64,000 nt of DNA, taken from IMG/VR virus record IMGVR_UViG_3300037882_003336, positions 1 through 64,000 of that record, one strand, 5' to 3'. This document shows positions 27,401 through 35,989 of the stretch, in pieces. This DNA is from a virus. Numbering within the stretch: position 1 is the first letter of the stretch; each line of letters begins with the position of its first letter. The notes beneath the pieces were generated by a model, which ran no database searches, was not told the origin of the DNA, and was given only the letters and a program-made list of their open reading frames with translations. A program made the position numbers and the translations under genes.

Positions 27401-29546
27401 CCGCGTCTTCACTCACATACGGGATGATGGCGGCGATCGGATTCTCCACGACCAACGCCAGTTCCGGCGTGAGGATCGACTCGTCTTCCGTGCCGTCCGG
27501 GTGCAGCGACTCCAGGACCTGCTCCGGGGCTTGGAACGACGCAGTGAGGAACCCGTTGCGCAGGAACACGAACCCGTTGAAATCACCGGCTGGGCGCACC
27601 AGCGTGTCACGCGGGGAGTCGAGCGGGCTCGTGGTGACCGGGATGGGCGTGAAGATGCCGGTCGTCAGGATGCCCCACGTGTAGAAGTCGCCATCATCTG
27701 CGTCCTGCTGGATGACGGTGGTAACATCGTCCGTTCCCACTTCCTCCCAGACGTTCGATGGTGGACCGTCCGGATCGTTGATGAGAGCCGTGTAGACGTA
27801 CCCGAGATAGTAAGCGAGATCGCCCTCCGCATAGGTGGTGTCGGCGTCCCATGTCGCCGGTACCGCGTTCCCATAGTCCTGATATGGCACCGCGCTCCAA
27901 GTGCCTGTGATAGGCGGAGTAGCGGGTGCGATGAACGGCTGGCGCACCAAGAACATGCTACCAGCGCTGGAGACGAACTGCCCCTCCGTGTAAGATTCCC
28001 CTTCCGTGTAGGCTAGTACCAAGACCCATGACAGGCTTCCGGTCTCGGTGATTTTCAAGCGCCAGAGACCGCCGAACCCATCGTCAAGGTTGACTTCGGA
28101 GAGCGCCAGCACGGGCGCGTACTTGACCTGATCTTGATGGCTCCACCCGGCTTCCACATCGCGGAGGGTGCGGGTAAGCGGGGTGAGGGTCTTGGCAAGC
28201 GCTTGCTGCTGGGCGTTTTCCTGATCGTGTCTGATCCAATCAACCTCAAAGTGCTGGTCGGGATCGGCGATGACTGGCGTGCCGTCAAGGGAACCGGTGA
28301 CCGGGTAGTCGGGGGCAGTACGACTCACGTCTCCATCCATCTCGGAATCCTCGTCCGAAATCTGAACGGGAATCGGGTGATAGCGAGTGTGGAACTGCTG
28401 AAGGTCAAACGCAACCTTCAGATCGAAGAGAGAGCTTTTGAACTTGATCTCCGACATCGGGCCGGAGATCGAAACCAACTGAATGTCCAACGTGGCTCCC
28501 AAGGTGATCTCCATGATCACCAAGTTGCCGTGGGTGCCGGGGGTGTTGGCTTCGAACCTGTAGGCGACGCTGGAATCTTCCAGCGCCAAAATCGTGACAC
28601 CCGCTCGCTCACCCGGCAAACCGCCAGTCAGTGGGTAAAGGCCAGGACGCAGCAGGTGGTTGACACGCTCTGTGAACCCGCCGAATGGCTGGCGACCGTT
28701 GATACGGTGGAACGCTTGATTGTGGGCGGCGTCCGGATGGCAAGAGAAGGTGACGCTGTAGCTTGGGCCATCATCCAGCACGAACGGTGTGTAGTTGGCG
28801 CTTGGAACCGGTTGCTGGAAAAGCTCCGATACGGTCGTGATGACGGAACCAGCGGAAAGGCGCGGCACCTCGCTCAACACCTCGCCGTCGTACCGACCGA
28901 CCAGAGGCCAGTACGGGTAGTCAACAGGCTCGTATGCGAAATCCTCGGCGTTGACATCAGACCCTGGATATTCTGGGTCACGCGGGCTGTACCGGCTCCA
29001 AAGTTCCAAAACCTTGAAATCGACGTAGCCAAGAATCTTCGCGATGGCGGTCAGGGAACTCGCTGATCCACGGATTGCGTTTCTTGGTACCGCCGTTGCG
29101 ATCAGACGCCTCAGGACAGGTATCGGGTGCTTCGCCGTGATCACTTCACCGGAAGACCCAGCGAGAGCGTTGAGAGCGGCACGTTCAAACGCCGCCTTGG
29201 TCAGGTCACCCACGATCCTCGGTAGGACTTGCTGTTGGAGGATAGCCTCTTCGGCATCGGTCCGCTCGCGCAGTTCCATTAGCGCTTCATACTGCGCCCA
29301 CAGTTCCTCGTCCTCTGGCGTAAACGCCCCCGCCTTCATGGGGTCGCGCAAACGCCCAAGCTCTCTCAGCTTCGTCACCACCCAATTGTGCTGGGAAGTG
29401 AGCCCGATCATCAGCGATCGGAGGATCCCCTGGTCACGGCTACGGATTACATAAGGCAACCATTCGAACAACTGATCTGGTGCCAGATCCGCGAGTCCAT
29501 AGTCGATGCGTGTAGCGAGTGTCTGAGTTCGCGGGTTGGAAGCCAT
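21468..29546 (-). CDS. Giant (2692 aa) baseplate-wedge/tail-fibre protein with CBM5/12-like and multiple LamG-like modules
   Basis: N-terminal wedge-like region; W...TY..GD.AYY.G motif; about five W.DAS...KW modules. Confidence 0.75.
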   Translation of the reverse strand: MASNPRTQTLATRIDYGLADLAPDQLFEWLPYVIRSRDQGILRSLMIGLTSQHNWVVTKLRELGRLRDPMKAGAFTPEDEELWAQYEALMELRERTDAEEAILQQQVLPRIVGDLTKAAFERAALNALAGSSGEVITAKHPIPVLRRLIATAVPRNAIRGSASSLTAIAKILGYVDFKVLELWSRYSPRDPEYPGSDVNAEDFAYEPVDYPYWPLVGRYDGEVLSEVPRLSAGSVITTVSELFQQPVPSANYTPFVLDDGPSYSVTFSCHPDAAHNQAFHRINGRQPFGGFTERVNHLLRPGLYPLTGGLPGERAGVTILALEDSSVAYRFEANTPGTHGNLVIMEITLGATLDIQLVSISGPMSEIKFKSSLFDLKVAFDLQQFHTRYHPIPVQISDEDSEMDGDVSRTAPDYPVTGSLDGTPVIADPDQHFEVDWIRHDQENAQQQALAKTLTPLTRTLRDVEAGWSHQDQVKYAPVLALSEVNLDDGFGGLWRLKITETGSLSWVLVLAYTEGESYTEGQFVSSAGSMFLVRQPFIAPATPPITGTWSAVPYQDYGNAVPATWDADTTYAEGDLAYYLGYVYTALINDPDGPPSNVWEEVGTDDVTTVIQQDADDGDFYTWGILTTGIFTPIPVTTSPLDSPRDTLVRPAGDFNGFVFLRNGFLTASFQAPEQVLESLHPDGTEDESILTPELALVVENPIAAIIPYVSEDAVSTDQPDPRLSFQTGPEDEIQVIPTHDDHSLTHVAFPFHSNDALGVDWVAREEDWGFWDGAFRGRDPRLRTAGVEPGIIEPVPTGYWTAGYPVYFMQRHGTFIYRARHGRDPLKAHYLRNSVDLTEGAELVSEGLLLDELPDGFAAQSGDGTLEPAATVDGDVEIENEGFFSSDQVSPDYDWLLPYRRWQMASLPWGGRFESWTTVSTSHFITPRNDSGDGAPNIGVDEDTGELIFCPVGQQILVAPTGESEVLVTVLGSGFDGNGRPFIEVDVAPPSADLTGRLWWKTLEFVTPEADQTGELRTTHPRAAEIEFRVYRVPEDGSSSVLQYSSTSDWQVNSVYEITLGYYSSELDVWVSALDWSAESFVEVELDTVLPRWDGFSGILTMTGGDRDAIELTILEPGLHWTDAEDSGIAGEFTPDGEWRGGLWPDNSSVYEPTRVLISRAPDNALAGWSSRTGLYSDQFVTLTRPEQAMGGWTGLTGEYFVTITGSAERSEHVTATWNALPGDYDADIAAIWDMSGLGGGDGDPVEDVPDSSGNGNDLESLGSPVLRLNIRNGLNAIEFDGPGSMLLRPAQNLFVEGSWDIADTSFAIVMVLKKTDAGEQALIRWGEETGDSYLKAYFRSAANAILWQTAPGEFLEDTNDPSENDDEWMVLSFVRNGTSVTVRENGLEIAASTTSAVFPDDITADFLLCPNFRGLLGEVHVYKRFNDMVAIETELANKWGIRRGLFDDQPDAIVKESRAVARWAGLGTGEYTESVSSAGMRLERARAAWASRTGEYAALVIQDLTAGEHSSANWSNRGTGFYQDTPRGATERTFAGWRNRTGEYGDLGMLLWYDASTLTGSNNDRIATLPNLARDGDMDLSQSDVATRPRLKVAVRNGLNGLFFDSAPSATVHTELLRWNGMVPWSAEQSAAGFAIALVVNPEVENPPFGYSSILKIFFGTGGSVLTVGRTTAVDPEDPQAYLTLPPSTVLFSEQPTGHWSLWYITVNEDLEYEFWINGEIVDSGTLSAPITGSYLTNISIGYGIGGHIGEVRFYDRGTNTAETIATIEELRIKWALRGGAFGEQYLEKAVLEHAMAGWRSQVGEYLAFFSTVDTKTERVLADWGVLGAEYEPELEYAERSQADWRVVDAVYDLAQPLTMGAPDRSQADWELAGPGDYEFRIADILDLEGHWDAHASFSATANGTAISSWVDTVASATLTQGTGLNQPIVVSNATYNGRTVVRFDGSNDVLSLATNDFDLTSDQTIVLVFRFTVNQNGRILGTYDGTNGWYVGIYGSIYDSTQAGSVHYMSSTRGANTVGNGMTGFSTPHHGGWNIVTITREAGVSTVRVNGVVQVSTISGHGNAATTGTFYIGGSSSFFAGDLAEVMLISRAVPDEESEALEVFLANKWGIELREAVPDAIPVTSGLTTWYDFRQEPIQAAYATLADRSGNGVNLAQGTGSLQPAASYGVFDYTLAGYAPDDTRIAATGLSNTILPSTGFTISILMSTDGPANFYYGFGFGVAGNTKNIRIGHLSTGKLIASLNDLRAESTTILTAGRWYHVVLIYGGGNWDDGTTGAKVYVDGVLSTMTYAGSGSNAWVPDASGNALALFGDYSGNTWRGRIGEVATWNRVLTDTEINLLSLYAKSKWAMRGLQVDALAFVPIVEDIQYGLQVDAMSFVPIVETLRESSIAVQALGTVIAASEDSEESIAVQALGTVIGAQNAVDDTLSLEGFQPVIILDETYPVPSTESLATVIASITAPVLNLDGPALSGSDDTALTTWTDVSGNARHATHLNLYSEIAPSLRTSVQNGLNAVQWKGVSKCFLAISSQDLFTTWGVTDRYTAYFVFSKTALHNGPAAVFNAASRQVSLYPYYTGSVTYADFGNTGSGGRLTTTTPLQSGWQVFTVCSDGEMLSLFRNHVLNNSAANSTAMAAGTSTFWVGTDASSAGVSGNFSGYIGDIIIFNTAHSHTTRTRMISALMNRWAIT

Positions 29547-29585
29547 CCGGGCATACCTAGAACACGACCGATTCCTTGTTTACCG

Positions 29586-30236
29586 TCAAGCGAAACCGAA
29601 CTCAAGGAGCGGATCGTTAACGTCATCGTCCAAGTTTTCGTACACCTTCACTTCCACCCGGTGCATGATGTCGGCGTCGAGCACCGGGGGTGCGGAGATG
29701 AGACCCTCGCGGAAACCAAAGACGTCCACGAAATTGATGACACGCCAGACAGCACGTTCGAACGAGTTCATTTCGAGCCAAGGGATCGTGCAGACGACTT
29801 TGCTGCCTTTGATGTCGAATTCGTGCATGACCGCCCGAACCCGCTTGACGATGCTCAGGCTGGTGTGCTCGTCGGCTGGCATGCCAGTGAACTCCTTGGC
29901 GATCAAGCCAATCTTTCGCTCAATGTCGATCACCTTGGTTTCCATGGGCTCGGTGCTCAGCACCCGGTAGTAAGCGCTTGAGCCAGAACCGATCACCGCC
30001 ACTTCCCCGCTGACCATTTCGAGCGACTCTCCGGGGTTGATGACGACGGACTCCTTGAATCTCACTGGGATGGCGGTTCCAGAGGGCGTGCGGGCGTGGA
30101 TGAACGACGGGTCTTCTTCCTTCTCATCGGAACACACGGGGCACCCTAGCATAATGGGGGCACTCCACGGGGTATAGCCACCGGAGTCTATGAATCCGGA
30201 GCCTTCGCATAGGTGGCAGGTTTGGTTTGGTTTCAT
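29586..30236 (-). CDS. Hypothetical protein with N-terminal zinc finger
   Basis: CHLCEG...CPVC; ATGA overlap. Confidence 0.6.
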   Translation of the reverse strand: MKPNQTCHLCEGSGFIDSGGYTPWSAPIMLGCPVCSDEKEEDPSFIHARTPSGTAIPVRFKESVVINPGESLEMVSGEVAVIGSGSSAYYRVLSTEPMETKVIDIERKIGLIAKEFTGMPADEHTSLSIVKRVRAVMHEFDIKGSKVVCTIPWLEMNSFERAVWRVINFVDVFGFREGLISAPPVLDADIMHRVEVKVYENLDDDVNDPLLEFGFA

Positions 30237-30646
30237 GAGTTTTTGGGTTGAAGGATGTTGACGAAAGACTGGAACACACCGACCACGATAGCGCTGGCAA
30301 ATGCCATCGCAAGGGTTCCGAAGACGAACAGGAACCCGAACCCGACCAGTGAGATTGGCGATACAACGAGAAGAACCATCTGACTGCGGAATGTGTCGCC
30401 ACCACGGTTGAAACTCGCCACGATCCACGGGATTGTGCAGGCCAGTGACACCGTCACCACCACCGACCACATCAGGACCGTGGAGGTTAGCTCGCTGAAC
30501 CAAGGCAGGAACGCCACACCAAGTGACCGGACACCCTCCCTGTGGTGCATGAGCCACCACTCCACGTGATCCCACGCGAAGTACCCGATAGAGCCAAGCA
30601 GCAAGACTGCAAGGAACTGGGTGATGGTGTAGCGATCTTCACTCAT
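30233..30646 (-). CDS. Membrane protein
   Basis: Three or four hydrophobic segments. Confidence 0.65.
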   Translation of the reverse strand: MSEDRYTITQFLAVLLLGSIGYFAWDHVEWWLMHHREGVRSLGVAFLPWFSELTSTVLMWSVVVTVSLACTIPWIVASFNRGGDTFRSQMVLLVVSPISLVGFGFLFVFGTLAMAFASAIVVGVFQSFVNILQPKNS

Positions 30647-31335
30647 GGGACTGGGTTGAGTTCAGGGATTGTGTCGATCAGGTCTTCAACACGGTCGATT
30701 GCGCGTTGCACACCCCGTGATTCGGCGGCTTCCGGAGTCAACACGCCGACCGCGTCTTCCGCATCTTCATCGAGGTTGTCAGGGTGGTGGTTGATGTGCG
30801 GGGCGCTCTCCAGCTTCGCGATGAGCGTGGTCAGGGCAACCGGCTTGAAATCCCAGCAGTCCACCCCCACGTCGGTGCTCCGACCGTAATCCGGCAGGTT
30901 CCCATGGGAGTGCCCGAAGAAATGGTAGGCTCCGTGGACGGAGTTGCGCCACGTGCGGTGGGCATAGTGGCTCAGGTAGGCGCGGATCGTGCCATCTCCC
31001 TTCGGGTCGGGGAACCGGTAGTACAGGGACTCGTGGGCGGCGTTGAAGCGCTCCCGTGCTTTCCAAGCGATCTTGTCGTCGTGGTTGCCACGGATCAGGC
31101 GCACGTGGATACCGGCTTGTCGCATCCGGTGGAGGAACCAGTCCAGACCGTCCTTGCGGAATGCCACGTCACCAAGATGCCACAGGATGTCACCGGGCTT
31201 CATCGTGTCCACGATGTTGGTGACGATCGCGATGTCGTGGTCTTCGATGGTGTCGAACGGGCGACGGCTGGACTTCAGGATGTTCTTGTGGCCGAAGTGG
31301 GTATCGGCGGTCAGGTAGTGAGATGAGGTATTCAT
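30643..31335 (-). CDS. Calcineurin-like metallophosphoesterase
   Basis: DTHFGH, LGD, GNHD, HY, GHSH and DVGVD motifs. Confidence 0.9.
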   Translation of the reverse strand: MNTSSHYLTADTHFGHKNILKSSRRPFDTIEDHDIAIVTNIVDTMKPGDILWHLGDVAFRKDGLDWFLHRMRQAGIHVRLIRGNHDDKIAWKARERFNAAHESLYYRFPDPKGDGTIRAYLSHYAHRTWRNSVHGAYHFFGHSHGNLPDYGRSTDVGVDCWDFKPVALTTLIAKLESAPHINHHPDNLDEDAEDAVGVLTPEAAESRGVQRAIDRVEDLIDTIPELNPVP

Positions 31336-31781
31336 GACAGTGTTCCTTGGTTTCCGCATTTTTCGACGAGTTCGGCTAGCTCACGTTCCATGGTTTCGGC
31401 AAGTTGTCCCATTCTCAGGGCGGTCTCCATCCAGTCAAGGTCTTTGGTGACGATGTTGATAAACGCGGTTCGTGGCGTCTGGCAGTTGATGACGCTGGGC
31501 TCGGATTCGGGATGAACAATGGCCAACCGGTCCAAATCTGCAAACAGGTCTTCAGACTGCCTATCTTCGTTGTGCGCCCTTTCAAGTGCCTCGGTGTCGT
31601 CATCCTCTGTGAGGCTGGCTTCGTGGGCGGCGGCTTGCTCGGTTAGACCTCTGTCCCAGCGCTGCAGGAGGTCCCTGAGGGCTTCTCGCTTGTCTTTGTC
31701 GAAGAATGTGTCGCTGGAAAAAACCGCAGCGTCGATCGAGTGGGCTGGCTCTTGGAGCCATTCTGGTAAGTCGCTAATCAT
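31332..31781 (-). CDS. Hypothetical protein
   Basis: ATGA overlaps; start MISDLP. Confidence 0.6.
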   Translation of the reverse strand: MISDLPEWLQEPAHSIDAAVFSSDTFFDKDKREALRDLLQRWDRGLTEQAAAHEASLTEDDDTEALERAHNEDRQSEDLFADLDRLAIVHPESEPSVINCQTPRTAFINIVTKDLDWMETALRMGQLAETMERELAELVEKCGNQGTLS

Positions 31782-32098
31782 GGGATTCGGGAATGGAGAA
31801 CAACGAGCGTGGCTTCGATTTCCTCGTTCATGGCGGACTTGAGCCCGTCGAAAACCCCACACACGATCGTTTTGACTTCCTCGGGGGTGGCGTCGGGTTC
31901 CTCTTGCGTGAACTTCATCGCCGATGCCGAAAGGGAGTAGCGAATCTTGCGGATCGCCTCAACTGCGTCTTTCCCGGCTTGGATGGCGGCATCAAGTTCT
32001 GGTGTGGTGCCGATCCAGTGGTCACCCATGTTGCGCAGGAGTCCCTTGGGGTCGAGTTGTTCGGCTTGGGCGGAAATGGCGTGGAATGCTTGGGTCAT
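31778..32098 (-). CDS. Hypothetical protein
   Basis: Start MTQAFH. Confidence 0.6.
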   Translation of the reverse strand: MTQAFHAISAQAEQLDPKGLLRNMGDHWIGTTPELDAAIQAGKDAVEAIRKIRYSLSASAMKFTQEEPDATPEEVKTIVCGVFDGLKSAMNEEIEATLVVLHSRIP

Positions 32099-32120
32099 AG
32101 TGTGATTGGGTGGACTGGGA

Positions 32121-32525
32121 TTAAAGGTGACGGGTGGCGCACTCAGGGCCGATGCCACGGGCGACGCTTTCCGGGGTGGTGAGTTCGCGACCGCACACAC
32201 AGCACTTGGTGCTCGGAATGAACTGGGCACACTCGGGGAGGCTGTCGATGTTGCGCCAGAGCCACTCAAAACCGCGAGCAGCCTTGTGGTTCGGGCTGAT
32301 GGCGGACCGGTGCCCGTGACGGTAGCCGTCTGGGAAGACCGTGCCAAGGAACGTGTAACCACTATCCCCGAGCAGGCTCACGAAGTGTGGGGCGTTGTCG
32401 GCCTTGCCCTTCCGGACGCGGTAGGTGACGTGGTCGCCGCTCAAATTGCTCTTGAGCGTGAAGGTAGCATTGCCACCAGTCACGTACTTGCGAAGAGCGA
32501 TGAGGTTCATGAGTTCCGTTGCCAT
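32121..32525 (-). CDS. DUF6011-like zinc-binding protein
   Basis: C..CGR.LT.PES..RGIGP.C motif. Confidence 0.75.
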   Translation of the reverse strand: MATELMNLIALRKYVTGGNATFTLKSNLSGDHVTYRVRKGKADNAPHFVSLLGDSGYTFLGTVFPDGYRHGHRSAISPNHKAARGFEWLWRNIDSLPECAQFIPSTKCCVCGRELTTPESVARGIGPECATRHL

Positions 32526-32530
32526 TGGAC

Positions 32531-32559
32531 ATTATAACACAGCAATTGACTTTTGTCAA
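32531..32559 (-). promoter_or_regulatory. Sigma70-type early promoter (leaderless)
   Basis: TTGACA-17 nt-TATAAT; ATG 5 nt downstream. Confidence 0.9.
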
Positions 32560-32588
32560 GTATGCTACTTTTGGTGTTCTCGGGCAGT

Positions 32589-32768
32589 ATGAGTCAAGTC
32601 ATCGAAGCACCGGACCCGGAAGCTATCAAGGCCAACAATAACCGCGAGGAAGCGGCATTTTGGACGGTGGTGGCATTCTTCTCGTTCAATCCGCTCCCCG
32701 CCAACTACCGGGAATACTCGACACCCGATCAGGATAAGATCATACGGGGGTGGCTCCAAGTGTTATGA
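32589..32768 (+). CDS. Hypothetical protein
   Basis: Short ORF with ATGA overlap to the next gene. Confidence 0.5.
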   Translation: MSQVIEAPDPEAIKANNNREEAAFWTVVAFFSFNPLPANYREYSTPDQDKIIRGWLQVL

Positions 32769-33190
32769 GCGACTTCGACCCCGAAAACAGGTTCCAGCAG
32801 GTCTTTTCGTTTCTCCAAAACATCTGGAAAAAACTGGAGAAGATCGAGAAACTCGTGGAGAAGGTGGCGCGTGAGATACCGGAGCCGGTTCCACACTACA
32901 AACCGGGCGTGCCGGACCACCTGAAGTCGATGTTTCGGTCACCCGCTGACGCGTCCAACGAGACGTCCAAAGCGTTTGAGGAACTGGAGGCGACAATTAA
33001 AGATTGGAAGCCAGCTTCGATACCGGGATGGGCGATAGAGCACAAAAAGATCCGGATTGGCACGAACCACCTTGGGACGTACGTCGTGGAGTGCCCACCG
33101 CGTTTCACGGATCGCCAGAGGACCGGCGTCGCGATTGCTCTTTACAACGCGCTCCTGCAGTACGAGGAAAAGCTCAAAAGCGAGTTTTAG
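32765..33190 (+). CDS. Hypothetical protein
   Basis: ORF starting MSDFDP. Confidence 0.6.
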   Translation: MSDFDPENRFQQVFSFLQNIWKKLEKIEKLVEKVAREIPEPVPHYKPGVPDHLKSMFRSPADASNETSKAFEELEATIKDWKPASIPGWAIEHKKIRIGTNHLGTYVVECPPRFTDRQRTGVAIALYNALLQYEEKLKSEF

Positions 33191-33555
33191 AGCTTGGTGG
33201 AAAGCACGTTCTCGGGAAGCCCCCACTGGGCAATGGCATGCTGCAGGAACTCAACGCGGATGCGTTGCCGAACCGCTGCCGTGTGGACCGCGTAGTCGCT
33301 GTCGTCGTCTTCCATCCACGCTTCGACTGCCGCATCGTACTCTCGGGTACCTTCCGCGTACCCGCCATGGTTGGGAAACTCTGGCTCACTTGTCGAGACA
33401 TCCAGGTTATCGACTGCCGCAAGGAGGTTGGACCGTTTGATGGCGTCCTTGATCACCATGACATCGCGACCACCAAGATGGCGCTGGAGAAGCCGGATGC
33501 CGGAATCACTGGTCTGGTATTCAGCTTCAAGGAGTTTCTGTGCGAGCGTGCTCAT
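33187..33555 (-). CDS. Hypothetical protein (putative internal head protein)
   Basis: Leader MSTLAQKLLEA. Confidence 0.6.
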   Translation of the reverse strand: MSTLAQKLLEAEYQTSDSGIRLLQRHLGGRDVMVIKDAIKRSNLLAAVDNLDVSTSEPEFPNHGGYAEGTREYDAAVEAWMEDDDSDYAVHTAAVRQRIRVEFLQHAIAQWGLPENVLSTKL

Positions 33556-33560
33556 AAAGG

Positions 33561-33923
33561 TTAGGCGGCTGTGAATAGGTCCGTGGAGTCAGCCCACGTT
33601 TCTTTGTTGCTTTTGACGTGGCTGGCGTACTCTGAGCGCCACCGTTTCATCGTGTCTTCACGTGATAAAAAGCGCTTCTCGGGACTCAAGAACCCTTCCT
33701 CGTAGTCAATTTCGCCGTCGTATTCCCGATTCATGCAGGCGTCAAACGCTTCGTCATAGGTGAAGCCAAGATACTGATAAAACTCCATCCACGCATCCGC
33801 GTGGGTTTGGTGGGTGAACAACCTCTGCCCATCTGGCGTCGGGACTTTGATGGCGGCTTCCCACCCATAGTCCATGAGCGTGCTTTCCACCACTACCTGG
33901 GTGATGCGCTCGTGCAGCTTCAT
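33561..33923 (-). CDS. Hypothetical protein (putative internal head protein)
   Basis: Leader MKLHERITQVVVES. Confidence 0.6.
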   Translation of the reverse strand: MKLHERITQVVVESTLMDYGWEAAIKVPTPDGQRLFTHQTHADAWMEFYQYLGFTYDEAFDACMNREYDGEIDYEEGFLSPEKRFLSREDTMKRWRSEYASHVKSNKETWADSTDLFTAA

Positions 33924-35989
33924 AGCTTGGTGGTACGGCGGCGGCTCCGCTCGCGAGCGCTATCGGGTGGGTCGGGGGTGTCGGTCTTTTTGAAGAGCCG
34001 ATCTCCAAAGTTGGCCTTCTGGAATGCGGTGTCGCTGCACATGTCGGCAATTGCAGCCAAGTGCTTGCAAAGGCTGAGTTGTTGCAGTGGATTGGTGCGG
34101 ACGGGTGGCGCGTTGCCAGCGCCGATCGGCTGTGGTGCTACCCCCTTCTGAGCCAGTGCGTAGTGCCAACGGTACCGGAAGTCTGGGCAGGTGCACTGGC
34201 ACTCCACATCCGAAGCGTCAAAGGCGGTCCGCCATGGTTCACCAGCGGTTGCCACCATCGCCATGATACCGCGCTTTTTGCGCTTGAACTGAATGAAACC
34301 GGATTGCCACTCTCCGGTGGTGCATCGAGTCGTGCGGGTTTTGACGCTGAATCGCAAGGTGGCGACACCATCTGGAGCCCACCGGATACGGGGGCGACCT
34401 GTGAAGACGAACCGAGAGTTCTCGCGGCGACCACGCACCGACGGGTCGTACAGCCATACTCCACCCACTCGCACCAGACCACCGTGGAGGTACCGACCGT
34501 TTGCGCTGGTCAGATCCAGCATACGCTTGAGCGTGACCTCATTGAGTTCCTGTGACTCCCGGAGTTGGCTCAGCAGGTCCACTTCCGCTCCCGCCTTGAG
34601 TTCGGCAGTGAGGTCCACCTTGGTTCCGTCGGGCAGCAGGAGGTCTTTTGGTCCACGTGCCAGCAGGTGGTAAAACCCGTTCGCCCCGGCACGCTTCAGA
34701 GTAGCCGAACCACCATTTTGGAGGTGACGCACCACTCGACCAACCAGGAGTTCGCGGTTGCCCGTGAGATTGTTCTTGGTGATCGTGGCGACCGTTTGCT
34801 GTCTCGGTTGCCAGATTTGGTCGCGCTGTTTCCACGCGTCGATCCGATCGAGCTTGAGCCACGGGATGTCGCGGCGTTGGTCATACTGGTTGACAAGGTG
34901 GAGGAATCTCACGAGGTTTTCCTCGTCCTTCGGACCCATCTGGGCGAACGCCTGATTGACTTGGATCGGGTTGTACAGCATCCCCCTCAGCTGTCCCAAC
35001 ATCTGACCAATCTGGGCAGGCGAATGGAGACTGCCGTTGTCGATGAGCTTCAGCACGTCGTCCAGCACGTTGGCACTACTCGGCTGATCGTTGTCCGACA
35101 GAAAGTCGCTAGGGTTGAACCACGACAACCCGTTGGTGTCGGCAAACACCGAGAACCACTTGAGGACGCGTTGGATGACCTCCTGGGTCTTGGGGTCGCT
35201 TTTGCTGGAGATCAGCGCGGCGTTGTAGGAACTGGTGTTGAAAAGCGACTGGAGGATGCCTTGGTCGATCCCACGGAAGTCGTTGGGGTCGTTCAGGATA
35301 CCCTGCTGGTACGCCTGCAGGAGGTTGTCCCACTCGGGTCCGTCTTCGAACCGGTCCAAAAAGACCTTGAGGCCGAAAGTCTGGCTGGAAACAAGGTTCT
35401 TGAGACTGTGGAACTGGTAGCAGTCACCCGTGGAGTCCACAAACCCCACCTTCTCCACGTCGTCGGTCTGCAGCTTGATGTGCTGCGGCTCTTGCACTTT
35501 GTTGCCCTCAAGCTCCGACACGAACTCATCCCAGTAGTGCGGGAGTTGACCCTTGCCACCCTTGGTGCCAAATAGCCCGGTGGACGGGCTGGCCAACACG
35601 AAGAAACTCCACTTCTGACCAAACAGGGACGTCTGGAGGCTCTGACACGCCTTCAAGCACTCGTCGGTGCCGGGTTTGAAGAGCCCTTCCCGAAGCTGGT
35701 AGATCATGTCGGGGAGCCACGGCAAGTGACCACCCAGGGCTTTCCAATGCACCACCAGAGGCCACACGGGGAGCAGGAGTCCGCGTTGCTGGATCTTCAC
35801 CTCTTCATTCCCACGCCCCATCCATAGTGTCCGGATGCCGGGTTGATATCGCTCAACCTGATAAGATTGGTGAATTGGGAGCTTCACATACGTGTCGCCA
35901 TCTGGAATCATCCAGTACCCAATCATGGGTCCACTGGCGGATTCTACCAGCCGATGCCTGATCTTAACGTTGTCTTCAAGAAGCAGCAT
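33920..35989 (-). CDS. Large protein with C-terminal SWIM zinc finger
   Basis: CQCTCPDF...CKHL; LLED, LVES, LRES and LNEV sites. Confidence 0.75.
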   Translation of the reverse strand: MLLLEDNVKIRHRLVESASGPMIGYWMIPDGDTYVKLPIHQSYQVERYQPGIRTLWMGRGNEEVKIQQRGLLLPVWPLVVHWKALGGHLPWLPDMIYQLREGLFKPGTDECLKACQSLQTSLFGQKWSFFVLASPSTGLFGTKGGKGQLPHYWDEFVSELEGNKVQEPQHIKLQTDDVEKVGFVDSTGDCYQFHSLKNLVSSQTFGLKVFLDRFEDGPEWDNLLQAYQQGILNDPNDFRGIDQGILQSLFNTSSYNAALISSKSDPKTQEVIQRVLKWFSVFADTNGLSWFNPSDFLSDNDQPSSANVLDDVLKLIDNGSLHSPAQIGQMLGQLRGMLYNPIQVNQAFAQMGPKDEENLVRFLHLVNQYDQRRDIPWLKLDRIDAWKQRDQIWQPRQQTVATITKNNLTGNRELLVGRVVRHLQNGGSATLKRAGANGFYHLLARGPKDLLLPDGTKVDLTAELKAGAEVDLLSQLRESQELNEVTLKRMLDLTSANGRYLHGGLVRVGGVWLYDPSVRGRRENSRFVFTGRPRIRWAPDGVATLRFSVKTRTTRCTTGEWQSGFIQFKRKKRGIMAMVATAGEPWRTAFDASDVECQCTCPDFRYRWHYALAQKGVAPQPIGAGNAPPVRTNPLQQLSLCKHLAAIADMCSDTAFQKANFGDRLFKKTDTPDPPDSARERSRRRTTKL

